Source: Candidatus Latescibacterota bacterium (GTDB taxonomy: Bacteria > Latescibacterota > UBA2968 > GCA-2709665). From it: a stretch of 64,000 nucleotides of DNA. Positions 47,009 through 57,997 of the stretch are shown one piece after another. The stretch is from positions 768,001 to 832,000 of the forward strand of contig OZ244744.1 in NCBI GenBank assembly GCA_965219455.1. The letters run 5' to 3'. Below the pieces are notes generated by a model that did not search any database, was not told the DNA's origin, and was given only the letters and a program-made list of their open reading frames with translations. The translations under genes were made by a program, and so were the position numbers. Each line of letters begins with the position of its first letter. Within the stretch, counting starts at the first letter, position 1.

Positions 47009-48252
47009 TACGCGTCCAGGGCCCTGGGTCCCAGCGTTACAAGCGTGGCGGGCGAGGGTGGAAAGGCAGCCAGATAGGCTGGCACCTGGTCCAGCGTCAC
47101 GTCGTCAATCCCCGCTGCAATCTGCTGAATCGAACGCGGCCGCCCGTCCAGAAACAAACCATCCATCATACTGCCCACGCGACCCTCCGGCAAATCGCCT
47201 GTTGTGAACAACTGGCCCTTCAGAACGGTCTTCGCCCTGTCGAGTTCGGCCTGTGTCACATCCTCCGCGACCCGCCCCACCTCCCGCCGGCACACGGCAA
47301 GGGTTTCATCCGCACGGTCAGCCGTAGTGCCGGCGTACAGCACAATAAGACCGCCGCCCCGGCGCGCCCGATAGGAGGCCGAAACACTGTAAGCCAGCCC
47401 CCGCTTTTCCCTCACCTCGGTGAACAGCCGGCTGGACCCGCTGCCTGAAAGCACAGCCACTGTGAGTTGGGCCGCATAGTAGAGTGCATCACCCCGTGGC
47501 GCGGCTCCAAAAAGAAGCCCGATGTGCGCCTGCTCGGACTGTTTGCGATGGTGCACGGTCCGGTCGGCCACAGAAAGTGGGTAAGGATCTTCGGGCGGAA
47601 GCCCGGATCTCTCCCAGTCGCCGAACGCCGCGTCCACTGCCCGGATCATCTCTTCCGGGTCCAGGCCGCCGGCCACTGAGATCAGGAGACGTGGCGGGCT
47701 GCAGAACCGCCCCCAGAAATCGCGCACGTCAGGCGGGGCAATAGTGGCAACCGTCGCGCCTTCACCCAGCGGATTGCGGCCCATCGGATCCCCTAACCCG
47801 GCCAGGTAAGTCATGTAGAGAACCTGGTGTGTCGGATTGTCTTCAAGGCGTTTCAGTTCCTCCAGGGCAAGCGTTTTCGCCACCTCAACCTGTTCATCGG
47901 GAAAGGATGCGCCGCGAAACACCTCGGCGTAGAGTTTCAGCCCTTGAAAATAATGTCCCGGCAACAGCTGTACCTGAAACTCGGTGAATTCCACGGTCGT
48001 CGCGGAGGCGCGTCGGGCGCCCAGGGAATCGAAGGCATCGTAAATCGAGCGCGCGTCCCGGGTCGGCGTACCCTTCAAAAGCGTTTCTTCGGCTACCCAG
48101 GCCAGCCCCAGCCGGTCGGAAGGGTCGTCTTTCGCCCCGAAGCCGAACCGGAAAGCAACCACAACGGATTGGGCGCCGGGCATGGACTCGGTGACGACTT
48201 CAATCCCATTCTTCAAGGTGTGTCGCTGTGGTTCGCATGAACGCATAATCAT
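47005..48252 (-). CDS. M16 family peptidase, non-catalytic partner subunit
   Basis: HxxEH is replaced by WVAEE; retains SSRLF.EVREKRGLAYSV. Confidence 0.9.
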   Translation of the reverse strand: MIMRSCEPQRHTLKNGIEVVTESMPGAQSVVVAFRFGFGAKDDPSDRLGLAWVAEETLLKGTPTRDARSIYDAFDSLGARRASATTVEFTEFQVQLLPGHYFQGLKLYAEVFRGASFPDEQVEVAKTLALEELKRLEDNPTHQVLYMTYLAGLGDPMGRNPLGEGATVATIAPPDVRDFWGRFCSPPRLLISVAGGLDPEEMIRAVDAAFGDWERSGLPPEDPYPLSVADRTVHHRKQSEQAHIGLLFGAAPRGDALYYAAQLTVAVLSGSGSSRLFTEVREKRGLAYSVSASYRARRGGGLIVLYAGTTADRADETLAVCRREVGRVAEDVTQAELDRAKTVLKGQLFTTGDLPEGRVGSMMDGLFLDGRPRSIQQIAAGIDDVTLDQVPAYLAAFPPSPATLVTLGPRALDAY

Positions 48253-48443
48253 CCTTCCATGAATTGGTCCTGCGCGAAGCCCGTATCCGTCTGGCAGATC
48301 GTGGAAAAAAGGAAGACGGAATATAGGTTACGGCGTGCGCAAGTGAAAGCAAAACATGGCGTCAAATTGCAAATTCCCCAACTTCAATACGTCCCCGGCC
48401 CCCACGGCCTGCCGCGCTGAGCCCCCACGTTCCATCTTTCCAC

Positions 48444-48472
48444 TTGACACAGCCCAACCCATTGGCTAATTT
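48444..48472 (+). promoter_or_regulatory. Sigma70 promoter upstream of the lysine riboswitch
   Basis: TTGACA-N17-TAATTT. Confidence 0.6.
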
Positions 48473-48487
48473 GTTTCTTTGCGAAAG

Positions 48488-48664
48488 GCAAGGGTAGAGG
48501 CGCAGGTTTTCAAGAGTACCCGGTGATAACGAGGCGTAACCTACGCATCGGCGAAAGGGAAAACCTGCCGAAGTCCCGAATCTGCTCCGCCGCAGAGAGG
48601 GGCTGGTCCACCTGGATAAAATCCGCTGGACTGTCACGGAATGTGCCGTGGAGTGCTCTCTTGC
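48488..48664 (+). ncRNA. Lysine riboswitch (L-box)
   Basis: GTAGAGGCGC...AAGAGTA...GAAAGG...GCCGAA...CTGG...GGACTGTCA...GGAGTGCT consensus segments, P1 GCAAGGG/CTCTTGC, directly upstream of dapA. Confidence 0.9.
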
Positions 48665-48686
48665 GCCATCCATGCTGGAACCTGCA

Positions 48687-48732
48687 CGGCCGGCCTTGCC
48701 TCCACCCCCCTCGGGAACCGGCTGTTTTTTTT
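48687..48732 (+). terminator. Riboswitch expression-platform terminator
   Basis: CGGCCGG...CCGGCTG followed by T8. CCTTGCCT (48694-48701) can alternatively pair with AGGCAAGG (48486-48493). Confidence 0.65.
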
Positions 48733-48784
48733 TACTCCCTGATGGGCAATCCGTTTCTCCCTATTTTTACCTGGAGGTGGCCCC

Positions 48785-49822
48785 ATGTTATTCAGCGGAT
48801 GTTACACGGCCCTCATCACACCCCTGGACCTCGACAAAGGCGTGGACAACCCCGGGCTGGAAAAGCTGGTGAATTTCCAGATTTCACAGGGTGTAAACGG
48901 TGTCCTGGCAGTGGGCACAACCGGCGAAAGTCCCACCCTCAACAGTGGAGAACACAACAGCGTCACGGAACGGGTCTGTGCCCTGGCCAGAGGGAAATGC
49001 CGCGCTATTGCAGGTACTGGCGGAAATTCAACGGAGGAAACCCTGCGCGCCACGGAGCACGCCGCGCACGCCGGCGCAGATACCGCCCTTCTGGTAGATC
49101 CCTACTACAACGGCCCCAGTTCGCTTGAAATCCGCCGGGAATACGTTGCTCCCGTTGCGGAAGCCTTTCCGGAACTCCAGATGGTCCCCTACGTCATTCC
49201 GGGCCGTTCGGGAACGAAACTGCTCCCGGAAGACCTGGCCGTTCTGCACCGGGACTACGGAAACGTCAACGCCGTCAAAGAAGCCACGGGCGACCTGGAA
49301 AACATGGCCCGGACGCGTGAAGTCTGCGGGGACGATTTCTACATTCTTTCCGGCGACGACGACATAACCCATGCGATGATGACCAACGCCCGCATCCGCG
49401 CAGTCGGCGTCATCTCCGTCATGTCCAACGTGGTCCCCGGACCCATACAGCGTTTCACGCAAGCGATCCTCAAGGGCGATATGGTTGAGGCGGATCGCCT
49501 GGCGGATGCGCTCAAGCCCCTCTTCGGAATGGTCACCATTCTGTCGGACGAAGAAACACCCTTCGGAACGACACAGGTTAAAGCCCGTAATCCCGTGCCC
49601 ATAAAGACATTGATGAATATTCTTGGCATGCCGGCGGGTCCGTGCCGGCGGCCGTTGGGCAGGATGAACCAGAGCGGCCTGATACAGGTCCTTGAAAACG
49701 CACGAACCGTGCAGGACAACAACCCGGAACTCTTCGCCCCCATCGAACAGTTTTTCAACGTGGATATTTCAAACCGTCTCAATGACGCCTCGATTCTAGA
49801 AGATCTCGCGTACGTAGACTAA
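48785..49822 (+). CDS. dapA: 4-hydroxy-tetrahydrodipicolinate synthase
   Basis: TALITP, GTTGESPTL, PYYN, Y.IPGRS, KEATG, LSGDD, NPVPIK; lysine riboswitch upstream. Confidence 0.95.
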   Translation: MLFSGCYTALITPLDLDKGVDNPGLEKLVNFQISQGVNGVLAVGTTGESPTLNSGEHNSVTERVCALARGKCRAIAGTGGNSTEETLRATEHAAHAGADTALLVDPYYNGPSSLEIRREYVAPVAEAFPELQMVPYVIPGRSGTKLLPEDLAVLHRDYGNVNAVKEATGDLENMARTREVCGDDFYILSGDDDITHAMMTNARIRAVGVISVMSNVVPGPIQRFTQAILKGDMVEADRLADALKPLFGMVTILSDEETPFGTTQVKARNPVPIKTLMNILGMPAGPCRRPLGRMNQSGLIQVLENARTVQDNNPELFAPIEQFFNVDISNRLNDASILEDLAYVD

Positions 49823-49846
49823 CCCGTGAATCCTGGAAGGAGTGGA

Positions 49847-51640
49847 ATGGGAACGACAAGAACCACAAACCGTAAGCTGCTGAACTGGGTAGAAGAAGCC
49901 GCGAAACTGTGTAAACCAAACAACATCCACTGGAGCGACGGTTCCCAGGAAGAGTACAATGATCTCGCCGGAGTTCTATGCCGGGCGGGCACCTTTGTAC
50001 GGCTGAACCCGGACCGACGCCCCAACAGCTTTCTTGCCCGGTCGGATGCGGGTGACGTCGCCCGCGTGGAAGACCGAACCTATATCTGCACGACGAACGA
50101 AGACGACGTCGGACCCACCAACAACTGGCGTGAACCCATTGAAATGAAACGCGACCTTAATGGCCTGTTCGCCGGTTCGATGCGCGGACGGACCATGTAC
50201 GTCATCCCCTTCTCCATGGGCCCCATCGGTTCGCCTACGTCCAAGATCGGCGTCGAAATTACGGACTCGCCTTACGTGGTCTGCAGCATGTACATCATGA
50301 CCCGAACGGGCGACCGGGTGCTGGACGCCCTCGGGGACGGAGACTTTCTGCCGTGCATGCATTCGGTGGGCGCCCCACTCGAGCCCGGACAGAAAGACGT
50401 CGCCTGGCCGTGCGACGCGGATCGAAAATACATCGTACACTTTCCCGAAGAGCCCTCCATCTGGTCGTACGGCTCGGGCTACGGCGGGAACGCCCTGCTT
50501 GGCAAGAAATGTTTCGCCCTCCGCATTGCGTCGACCATGGCCCGTGACGAAGGCTGGATGGCCGAGCACATGCTCATCCTGGGCCTCACCTCTCCCGAAA
50601 AAAGAAAACATTACCTCGGCGCCGCCTTCCCATCCGCGTGCGGTAAGACGAACCTGGCCATGTTGCTACCCACGGTCCCGGGATGGGAAGCCCGCTGTGT
50701 GGGCGACGACATTGCCTGGATGCGGCCGGGGGCCGACGGCAAGCTCAGGGCGATCAACCCGGAGGCCGGATTCTTCGGCGTCGCGCCCGGCACCAGTCTG
50801 GATACCAATGCACACGCCATGGCCGCCCTGACCAGGAACAGCATCTTCACCAACACGGCGCTCACACCCGAGGGCGACGTCTGGTGGGAAGAGATGACAG
50901 ACGATTCGCCCCCGCAACTGGAAGATTGGCTGGGCCGCCCCTGGACGCCGGGTTCGGGAGACAAGGCCTCCAATCCCAACGCCCGGTATACGGCCCCGGC
51001 CGTGCAGTGCCCCGTAATCGATCCGGAGTGGGAAAACCCCGATGGCGTCCCCATGTCCGCCTTCATCTTCGGCGGCCGCCGCTCATCGGTGGTTCCCCTG
51101 GTCTTCGAAGCGCTGAACTGGCGGCACGGCGTCTTTCTGGGCTCCATTATGGCGTCTGAAACCACGGCCGCCGCCGCCGGCGCCGTGGGTAAGCTGCGAA
51201 GAGATCCGTTTGCAATGCTTCCTTTCTGCGGCTATAATATGGGCGACTATTTCAGACACTGGTTTGAAATCGGCGCCAGGCTGGGCGACAACGCACCCAG
51301 AATCTTCTACGTGAACTGGTTTCGAAAGGACACGGACGGCAACTGGCTTTGGCCCGGTTTCGGCGAAAACAGCCGCGTACTCAAATGGATCTGCGGACGC
51401 ATTGAAGGTACGGCCGACGCGGTTGAAACCCCAATCGGGTACGTACCCACCCCCGACGCCCTGGATCTCAAAGGCCTGGATGTCCCGGATGCCCACGTGA
51501 AGGCGTTGCTTTCGGTGAATGCGAATGACTGGCGCGCCGAACTGCCCGATATCCGCGAGTTCTACGCCGGCTTTGGAGACCACCTGCCGCAGGAATTGCT
51601 GACCGAACTCAACGCCCTTGAGCAACGCCTCAGCGCCTAG
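49847..51640 (+). CDS. pckG: Phosphoenolpyruvate carboxykinase (GTP)
   Basis: [65 protein letters not shown]. Confidence 0.97.
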   Translation: MGTTRTTNRKLLNWVEEAAKLCKPNNIHWSDGSQEEYNDLAGVLCRAGTFVRLNPDRRPNSFLARSDAGDVARVEDRTYICTTNEDDVGPTNNWREPIEMKRDLNGLFAGSMRGRTMYVIPFSMGPIGSPTSKIGVEITDSPYVVCSMYIMTRTGDRVLDALGDGDFLPCMHSVGAPLEPGQKDVAWPCDADRKYIVHFPEEPSIWSYGSGYGGNALLGKKCFALRIASTMARDEGWMAEHMLILGLTSPEKRKHYLGAAFPSACGKTNLAMLLPTVPGWEARCVGDDIAWMRPGADGKLRAINPEAGFFGVAPGTSLDTNAHAMAALTRNSIFTNTALTPEGDVWWEEMTDDSPPQLEDWLGRPWTPGSGDKASNPNARYTAPAVQCPVIDPEWENPDGVPMSAFIFGGRRSSVVPLVFEALNWRHGVFLGSIMASETTAAAAGAVGKLRRDPFAMLPFCGYNMGDYFRHWFEIGARLGDNAPRIFYVNWFRKDTDGNWLWPGFGENSRVLKWICGRIEGTADAVETPIGYVPTPDALDLKGLDVPDAHVKALLSVNANDWRAELPDIREFYAGFGDHLPQELLTELNALEQRLSA

Positions 51641-51751
51641 GTCGCGGATGCGGCGTGAAGCGAGGCGAATCGACCTGTCCCGGCGGGCGCACCGTTTTTT
51701 CTCGAACGATACGCCTCCTCTCCCGGTCGCGTTGTCCCCGGAGAATACCTC

Positions 51752-52558
51752 ATGACAAACATCGTTATCTGTGGCATCGCGGGCAAGATGTGCGGACGCA
51801 TCGCCCACCTGGCAATGGAAACCGACGATCTGAAAATCGTCGGCGGCGTGGAAGCGCGCGGCAACCCCGCCATCGGACGCGACATCGGCGAGGTTGTGGG
51901 CGCCGCGCTCACGGGTTTCCACATTGTCGACGACCTGGAGACGGTCGTTAAAAACGCCGACGTGGTCGTCGCCTTCACCGCGCCGCCGGAAGGGACACTC
52001 GATGCAGCTCGAATCGCCGGCGAAGCGGGAAGACCGATGGTCGTAGGCACTACAGGCATGTCGGCCCGGCAACTTACCGGATTTGAAAAGGCCCTGGAAG
52101 GCGTCGCCTGCGTGTTTGCCCCCAGCTTCAGCATCGGCGTGACCGTACTCACCAAACTGGTCGAAGACGCCGCACGTATGATGGGTGACGGGTACGACGT
52201 GGAGATCGTCGAGGCGCACCACCACTTCAAAACCGACGCCCCCAGCGGCACCGCCCTGGCGCTGGCGAATGCCGCGGCAACGGGTCTGGGCCGAAACCTG
52301 GAGGACGTGGCCCTCTATGGACGCCACGGAGAAGTCGGCGCGCGTACCGGGGATGAAATCGGCATCCACGCCATCCGTGCCGGAGACCTGGCCGGGGAGC
52401 ATACTGTCATCTTTGGCGGCACCGGCGAAATCTTCCAACTGGTTCACCGTGCGCAGAGTCGGGATTCCTACGGCGCAGGTGTTCTTCAGGCCATCCGCTA
52501 TGTCGTGAACTCGCCCACCGGACTGTTCAACATGCGGGACGTGCTTGGTATTGAATGA
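51752..52558 (+). CDS. dapB: 4-hydroxy-tetrahydrodipicolinate reductase
   Basis: G..GKM, VGTTG, EAHHHFKTDAPSGTA, RAGD..GEH.V.F. Confidence 0.96.
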   Translation: MTNIVICGIAGKMCGRIAHLAMETDDLKIVGGVEARGNPAIGRDIGEVVGAALTGFHIVDDLETVVKNADVVVAFTAPPEGTLDAARIAGEAGRPMVVGTTGMSARQLTGFEKALEGVACVFAPSFSIGVTVLTKLVEDAARMMGDGYDVEIVEAHHHFKTDAPSGTALALANAAATGLGRNLEDVALYGRHGEVGARTGDEIGIHAIRAGDLAGEHTVIFGGTGEIFQLVHRAQSRDSYGAGVLQAIRYVVNSPTGLFNMRDVLGIE

Positions 52559-52661
52559 AATTTATACGGCAATCGGCAGATAACAGACGGCCGGTCCGCC
52601 CGACGGCGGGTGGTTTACAGCGCCGTTTCACGTCTGGCACGATGTAAAGGGAGGCCCTAAA

Positions 52662-54602
52662 ATGGCAATCGAGATCTCCGCTGTGGAAGAAGCGATCAGA
52701 AACGGACAGACACTCGCCGCGGCGGACCAGGTACTCATCGACCCGCAGCCCGGCGCGCTGACCGGCCGCGTAGACGTACTCCTGTCCGCTATTCAGAATA
52801 GCGAGTGTCCCGCCGACGCGGTCTGCCGCACCCTGATCCGGCTCGGCATGAACTTCGTGGGGAGAGACGCCGAAATCGTCGGATACGGCGCGGAGGAAGC
52901 CGACCGCGCACTGGAGCAGGTCCTGGCCGCCATCGATGGTCTCGAAGGGGCCGTAATGGCGGACGTCGTGGCTGAATTCCTGGCCGACATGAAGTCCGTC
53001 AACCTGAGCGACAGCCTCTCCGGCCTTCTAGCGGAACGCATCGAATCGGACCTGAACAAAGCAAGCCCGGGCCGTTCTTTTCTGACGCTGCTCAAACGGC
53101 AGATGCGCAGCGGGGTCTACTGGAAAATGATCGGTGAAGACTACTGCAAATTCGGCAACGACTTCGCGCGCGGCCTGGAGTACCTTCGCCACTATGGGTT
53201 CTGCCAGGTGTCCACCAACCCCGTGCTGGCGGCCAAGGCCTTCGACGAAGACGGCACACTGGCCGAGCAACTCAAAGGCGAAGTCGACAAACACGATCGC
53301 TGGAAGCAAGACCCCGACGCCCACGCCGACGAGATCGCCATGGCGGCCACGCTCATCGCCCTCTGGCCCAATCTTTCCATTTTCCGGCCGCTCGCGGTAC
53401 ATACGGACCTCGAGGACTATATGGTCAGTTTCCAGCTCAATCCAAACATCGCCGACCGGGCCGAAGCCAGCATCGAGGATGCCCGAAATGCATACAGGGT
53501 GGCCGCCGACTACCTTGAAGGATACGACCGCCTGCTGGGCCTGGGAGATCGTTCCGGCCGGGTCAACCCGAACATCGTCTTCAAAGTCGCCGCCAGCCAC
53601 GAGGCCGCCCGCAAAATCACCACGACTCTCAACGGCAATGCCATTGGCTCCAACAACACCGTGGTCTACACCGTGGCCCAGGAAGTTCAGCTCATACTGG
53701 ACGCGTTCGAGGGCAAGGCGCACGCGGCGAAGGCGGGCGGGCAGGTTGTACGCACCTACGAAACCAACATGGGCGGCCGGTTTGTAAGCCACCTGCGGGA
53801 GGTTGAAGCCGAGAAGATCTTTCTCTCCGCGGCGGAAAGAGCCGGAGAAGACAAAGCGAATGAACTCCTTGACGCCCTGGCCGCCGAGCTGGACGCCGGG
53901 GACGCAGCCGACGGATCCTTTACAGACAAAGCGCGGGACGTCTGCAACTACAAGTTCCTCAAGTCCCTGGACCATCCCATCGTGCTCGGGGCTGCCGCGG
54001 CGGCCGGCCAGTCCGCGGACGCCATCCAGCTCCTGGAAGAAGATCTGAAAAAAGCGGGCACCCTGGTCGCCCGCCGGGTCTACTGGGTCTTCTTCAGCCC
54101 GGAAAACCGGCCGAAATGGGTCGCCCATCTTCGGGCAACCCACGGCGTTACGGACGACCAGGCACGATGGATCGTGGACTCCATGGACGTACTTCCGGCC
54201 TCCAAGCGTATTCCCGAAGACTCCTTCCACACGCTGGGCGCGTCCAACATGTGCAACACCGAATTTCCGAACCACGCCCGAGCCGTCCAGACGGCTTCCG
54301 AAGCCGAGGGCTTTAACCTCGAAGACTTCAGGGACGCGGTGCTGGATACCTACGAACCCGGCGTGGACCAGCGCCTGCGCGAACTTCCCGACTTCTGCCG
54401 TGGCTACGACCTGACGCCGTCTCTTAAAGACTTCCTGCAGAACGTCGTCGACATCGACGTGGCCGGCTGGCAGACCCGGGGCATGGAACCCGGCGACTGG
54501 CCGGACTTCGGCTCCGTACAGAAAACCAGCGCCGAGTTCCGAGCCGCCTACGACACCTTCGCCGCCAAATGCGTGGCCATCGCCAGGGAGGTCGCGGCCT
54601 GA
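52662..54602 (+). CDS. Transaldolase-family protein, unusually long (646 aa)
   Basis: GND, STNP.L, VSFQL.P, NIVFKV (Schiff-base Lys), N.T, MGGRF motifs. Confidence 0.75.
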   Translation: MAIEISAVEEAIRNGQTLAAADQVLIDPQPGALTGRVDVLLSAIQNSECPADAVCRTLIRLGMNFVGRDAEIVGYGAEEADRALEQVLAAIDGLEGAVMADVVAEFLADMKSVNLSDSLSGLLAERIESDLNKASPGRSFLTLLKRQMRSGVYWKMIGEDYCKFGNDFARGLEYLRHYGFCQVSTNPVLAAKAFDEDGTLAEQLKGEVDKHDRWKQDPDAHADEIAMAATLIALWPNLSIFRPLAVHTDLEDYMVSFQLNPNIADRAEASIEDARNAYRVAADYLEGYDRLLGLGDRSGRVNPNIVFKVAASHEAARKITTTLNGNAIGSNNTVVYTVAQEVQLILDAFEGKAHAAKAGGQVVRTYETNMGGRFVSHLREVEAEKIFLSAAERAGEDKANELLDALAAELDAGDAADGSFTDKARDVCNYKFLKSLDHPIVLGAAAAAGQSADAIQLLEEDLKKAGTLVARRVYWVFFSPENRPKWVAHLRATHGVTDDQARWIVDSMDVLPASKRIPEDSFHTLGASNMCNTEFPNHARAVQTASEAEGFNLEDFRDAVLDTYEPGVDQRLRELPDFCRGYDLTPSLKDFLQNVVDIDVAGWQTRGMEPGDWPDFGSVQKTSAEFRAAYDTFAAKCVAIAREVAA

Positions 54603-54846
54603 AGTCCCGCGAGACAAGGGGGCCGGACTGACGCGCCATGGTCATCCTCGACGGCGGCAGAGACGATCCTGCGGCTTGCTCTTTGACCCACCGACGTTCC
54701 ATTCAGACTTTTCTTCACAGACCGCTCGATCGCCACAAACCCACCGGCGGGACCGATTTTCAGACTGCAGGATCTTTATTCCCGGTGCGTATCGCTCATG
54801 TAAGGTCGCCGTCCGTTCAAACCGGCATACCGGGCCCACTTTCCGT

Positions 54847-56091
54847 ATGAACACGCCGACGATTACAGATCAGGATCCATGGATCCGGCAACTCGACGGA
54901 ACCGTTGACGAGTACAAGGACCGCATGGTGCAGGCCAGGCGGCATCTGCATGCCCATCCCGAGGTGAGCGGCGAGGAAACGGAGACCACGCGGTATGTGG
55001 AAGAACAGTTGCGGTCCGATGGCTTCCGTGTCCACACCGGCCCCACGGGCCGCGGGCTGATCGCCGAAACGGCCGGGAACGGGTCCGGGCCCAAAATCGC
55101 AATGAGGGCGGACCTCGACGCACTGCCCATACAGGACGCCAAAGAGGTAGACTATCGCAGCAACGTACGCGGGGTGATGCACGCATGCGGCCACGACGCC
55201 CATACGGCCACGGTGCTCGGCGCCGCCCTGGCGCTGGCTTCCGCCGGAGAATCCGGAATATTGCCCTGGCCCGTTTCGTGGCGGGCCATTTTTCAGCCGG
55301 CCGAGGAGACCAACCAGGGCGCCCTGGAAATGATCGAAGCCGGGGCGCTCAACGGTGTCAGCGCGATGCTCGCCCTTCACGTGGATCCCTCGCGCCCTGC
55401 GGGAACCATCGGGCACCGATCGGGTGTCCTCACCGCGCATTGCGATGAGATGCACGTTCTCGTCCGGGGGAGCGGCGGTCACGCGGCCCGTCCCTACGAA
55501 TCCCGGGACCCCATTGCAGCAGCCGCTCAGTTAATCAACGCACTCTACGTGACGGTGCCGAGGTCGCTCGACCCGCAACATACCGTGGTCCTCACGGTCG
55601 GCTCCATTGCAGCCGGGAAGCGCTACAACGCGATTCCCGATCGCGCGGTGCTCAAGGGCACCGTACGCAGCCTCGACAACGATGCGCGCCGCCTGGCCAT
55701 GGAACGTGTGCGGGAGATCGCGCAGGGGGTGGCGCGATTGTCCGGTACGGAAATTGAAATCACGTTCAAGCCGGGCCCTCCATCGGTCCTGAACGATCCT
55801 GGGCTAACCGATATGCTCCGTGAGTGCGCGGTCGATCTGCTCGGGGCCGACCGGGTTCAGTATATTGCGCAACCCAGCATGGGCGGCGATGATTTCGCCC
55901 ATTATCTCCAGCACGTTCCAGGCAGTCTCTTTCGCCTTGGATGTTCGGCCCCCGCGTCGGCTGGTCCAGGCCTGCACTCGCCGGATTTCGACATCGACGA
56001 ACGCGCCCTGGGCATCGGCGCGAAGATCCTTGCACGCGCCGTGGTCCGTTGGTCGGAACCGAAAACACACGACAGTGAGACCGCCCAATGA
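54847..56091 (+). CDS. M20D family amidohydrolase
   Basis: RRHLHAHPE.S.EE, RADLDALP, MHACGHD.H, FQPAEE, GGHAARP, LHSP.F. Confidence 0.93.
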   Translation: MNTPTITDQDPWIRQLDGTVDEYKDRMVQARRHLHAHPEVSGEETETTRYVEEQLRSDGFRVHTGPTGRGLIAETAGNGSGPKIAMRADLDALPIQDAKEVDYRSNVRGVMHACGHDAHTATVLGAALALASAGESGILPWPVSWRAIFQPAEETNQGALEMIEAGALNGVSAMLALHVDPSRPAGTIGHRSGVLTAHCDEMHVLVRGSGGHAARPYESRDPIAAAAQLINALYVTVPRSLDPQHTVVLTVGSIAAGKRYNAIPDRAVLKGTVRSLDNDARRLAMERVREIAQGVARLSGTEIEITFKPGPPSVLNDPGLTDMLRECAVDLLGADRVQYIAQPSMGGDDFAHYLQHVPGSLFRLGCSAPASAGPGLHSPDFDIDERALGIGAKILARAVVRWSEPKTHDSETAQ

Positions 56092-57215
56092 GCCAAATGG
56101 TGTTCAACCCCAGCCGGAAACCTACGGTCGGCGTGGAAATCGAGCTGGCGCTGGTGGACGATAGAACCATGGCCCTGTGCAGCGCCAGCGAGAGGCTGCT
56201 CGCCCGCGTACCGCCGCGCCTCGAGGGAACGATCAAGCCGGAACTGATGCAGTGTTACGTGGAAATCAATTCAGGTGTCTGTATGACGGTGCAGGAGATC
56301 GAGGCGGATCTCAAAGAGAAGCTGTGCGCGCTGGAAGCCATTGCGGATCGGGAGGGTGTACGGCTGTACTGGTCGGCAACCCATCCGTTTTCCACCTGGC
56401 GGGACCAGGAAATCACCCGCAACAAACGATACGCGGGCCTGGTGGACCTGCTGCAGGATACGGCTCGCCAACTGGTGACTTTCGGCCTGCACGTGCACGT
56501 CGGCGTGGATAGCGGCGACAAAGCGGTGATGATCTGCGAGTTTATACTGCGACACGTACCGCTCCTGCTGGCGTTGAGCTGCAACAGTCCATTCTGGGAA
56601 GGCCGGAACACGGGTGTCTGCTCATGGCGGTCCAAGATCATGGACGGCCTTCCCACCGCCGGTCTGCCGCCGCTGATGCGGAACTGGAGTGAATATGTCT
56701 GGCTGGTGAATCACCTCGTCGAAACGGGTTATATAGAGACCATACGGGAAATCTGGTGGGACGTTCGCCCCCACAACAAGTTCGGCACGGTCGAGATCCG
56801 CGTCTGCGATATTCCCGGCAACTTCCACGATACCCTGGGCCTCGTCGCGCTGATGCAGTCCCTCATCAAATACCTTTCCGACCACATCGACCACGGTATA
56901 TACCAGCACGACTGCCACCCGATGCTCATACGTCAGAACAAGTGGCGCGCAGCCCGTTACGGCCTCGATGCCCAACTTGTCGACGCCGACACCTACCAGC
57001 TACAGCCGGCGCGCGAACTCGTAAGACGTCTGGTCGATCAACTGAAGCCAACCGCCCGAGACCTGGATTGTGTTCCCTACCTCGAGCGGAACCTGGATAT
57101 GGCGTCCAGGCCGACCTGGGCGCAACGACAGGTGGAAATCCTTGAAAGAACAGGCGATGCCCAATCGGTGGTGCGGGAAATGGCCGCCGCTTCCCGCCAG
57201 ACGTCGCCGGCTTAG
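56088..57215 (+). CDS. YbdK-family carboxylate-amine ligase (glutamate--cysteine ligase 2)
   Basis: TVGVEIEL, ELM..VEI, THPF, FGLHVHVG, NSPFW, WWDVRP, GTVEIRVCD, NKWRAARYG; ATGA overlap with the upstream gene. Confidence 0.93.
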   Translation: MSQMVFNPSRKPTVGVEIELALVDDRTMALCSASERLLARVPPRLEGTIKPELMQCYVEINSGVCMTVQEIEADLKEKLCALEAIADREGVRLYWSATHPFSTWRDQEITRNKRYAGLVDLLQDTARQLVTFGLHVHVGVDSGDKAVMICEFILRHVPLLLALSCNSPFWEGRNTGVCSWRSKIMDGLPTAGLPPLMRNWSEYVWLVNHLVETGYIETIREIWWDVRPHNKFGTVEIRVCDIPGNFHDTLGLVALMQSLIKYLSDHIDHGIYQHDCHPMLIRQNKWRAARYGLDAQLVDADTYQLQPARELVRRLVDQLKPTARDLDCVPYLERNLDMASRPTWAQRQVEILERTGDAQSVVREMAAASRQTSPA

Positions 57216-57478
57216 CAGCCCGCCCGATCGCTTCCAACAAAAAGGCACACACCTTCCGGCATGCGCCTGTAATCCACATTCAAATGCCTGTCTTTTTCGA
57301 ACCATGAACGGACGGGGCGTTTCCTGTGACGCCTCCCTCCGTAATTCTTCGCGTCAGCGTCCCGGATTTATGTTCCCGCCCGCATTCCGTCAAAGCAGAA
57401 TTGGCAAATCGGGGCCAAACACAGCAGCTCGATTTGTGACACCGCGCGTGGGAGACAATGTCCAGCAAGGGCCCGGTA

Positions 57479-57925
57479 CTATCCCTCCGCGAGAGCCTGT
57501 TTGTAGGCCTTCAGCTTCTCTTTTACCCCCGCGTCCGTCTGTGCGATGATCTGCGCGGCCAGCACGGCCGCATTTCGCGCATTGTCGATCCCCACGCAGC
57601 CCACCGGTACTCCTGGCGGCATCTGCACGATTGCGTACAGTGAATCGATGCCGTTCAGCGCGCCCGAGGCGATCGGCACCCCGATCACGGGCAACGTGGT
57701 GTGCGCCGCCATGACGCCCGGCAGCGCCGCCGCCAATCCCGCCCCCGCGATTATGACCTTCAGACCGCGCGCCTCGGCAGTGCGCGCATATTCGCCAGTT
57801 CTTTCGGGATTCCGATGCGCGGACGACACGGTCATCTCGTATGCGACGCCCAGTTCATCCAGAACGGGCGTCGCTTTCTGCATGATCGGTTCATCGGACT
57901 TGCTACCCATAATTATGCCAACCAC
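57479..57925 (-). CDS. purE: N5-carboxyaminoimidazole ribonucleotide mutase
   Basis: [38 protein letters not shown]. Confidence 0.97.
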   Translation of the reverse strand: MVGIIMGSKSDEPIMQKATPVLDELGVAYEMTVSSAHRNPERTGEYARTAEARGLKVIIAGAGLAAALPGVMAAHTTLPVIGVPIASGALNGIDSLYAIVQMPPGVPVGCVGIDNARNAAVLAAQIIAQTDAGVKEKLKAYKQALAEG

Positions 57926-57997
57926 GATCCTCTTCCTCCTTTGTGATGATTTAACGACCTCTTCGTGATCCCGAAATCTCGCCGGAGTCGAAGCGCC

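Noticed and set aside
57212-57223. CTTAGCAGCCCG at the YbdK stop, matching the end of the 37.7-kb MITE
   Set aside because: Only 12 bp with no partner inverted repeat; could be a remnant but cannot be supported.
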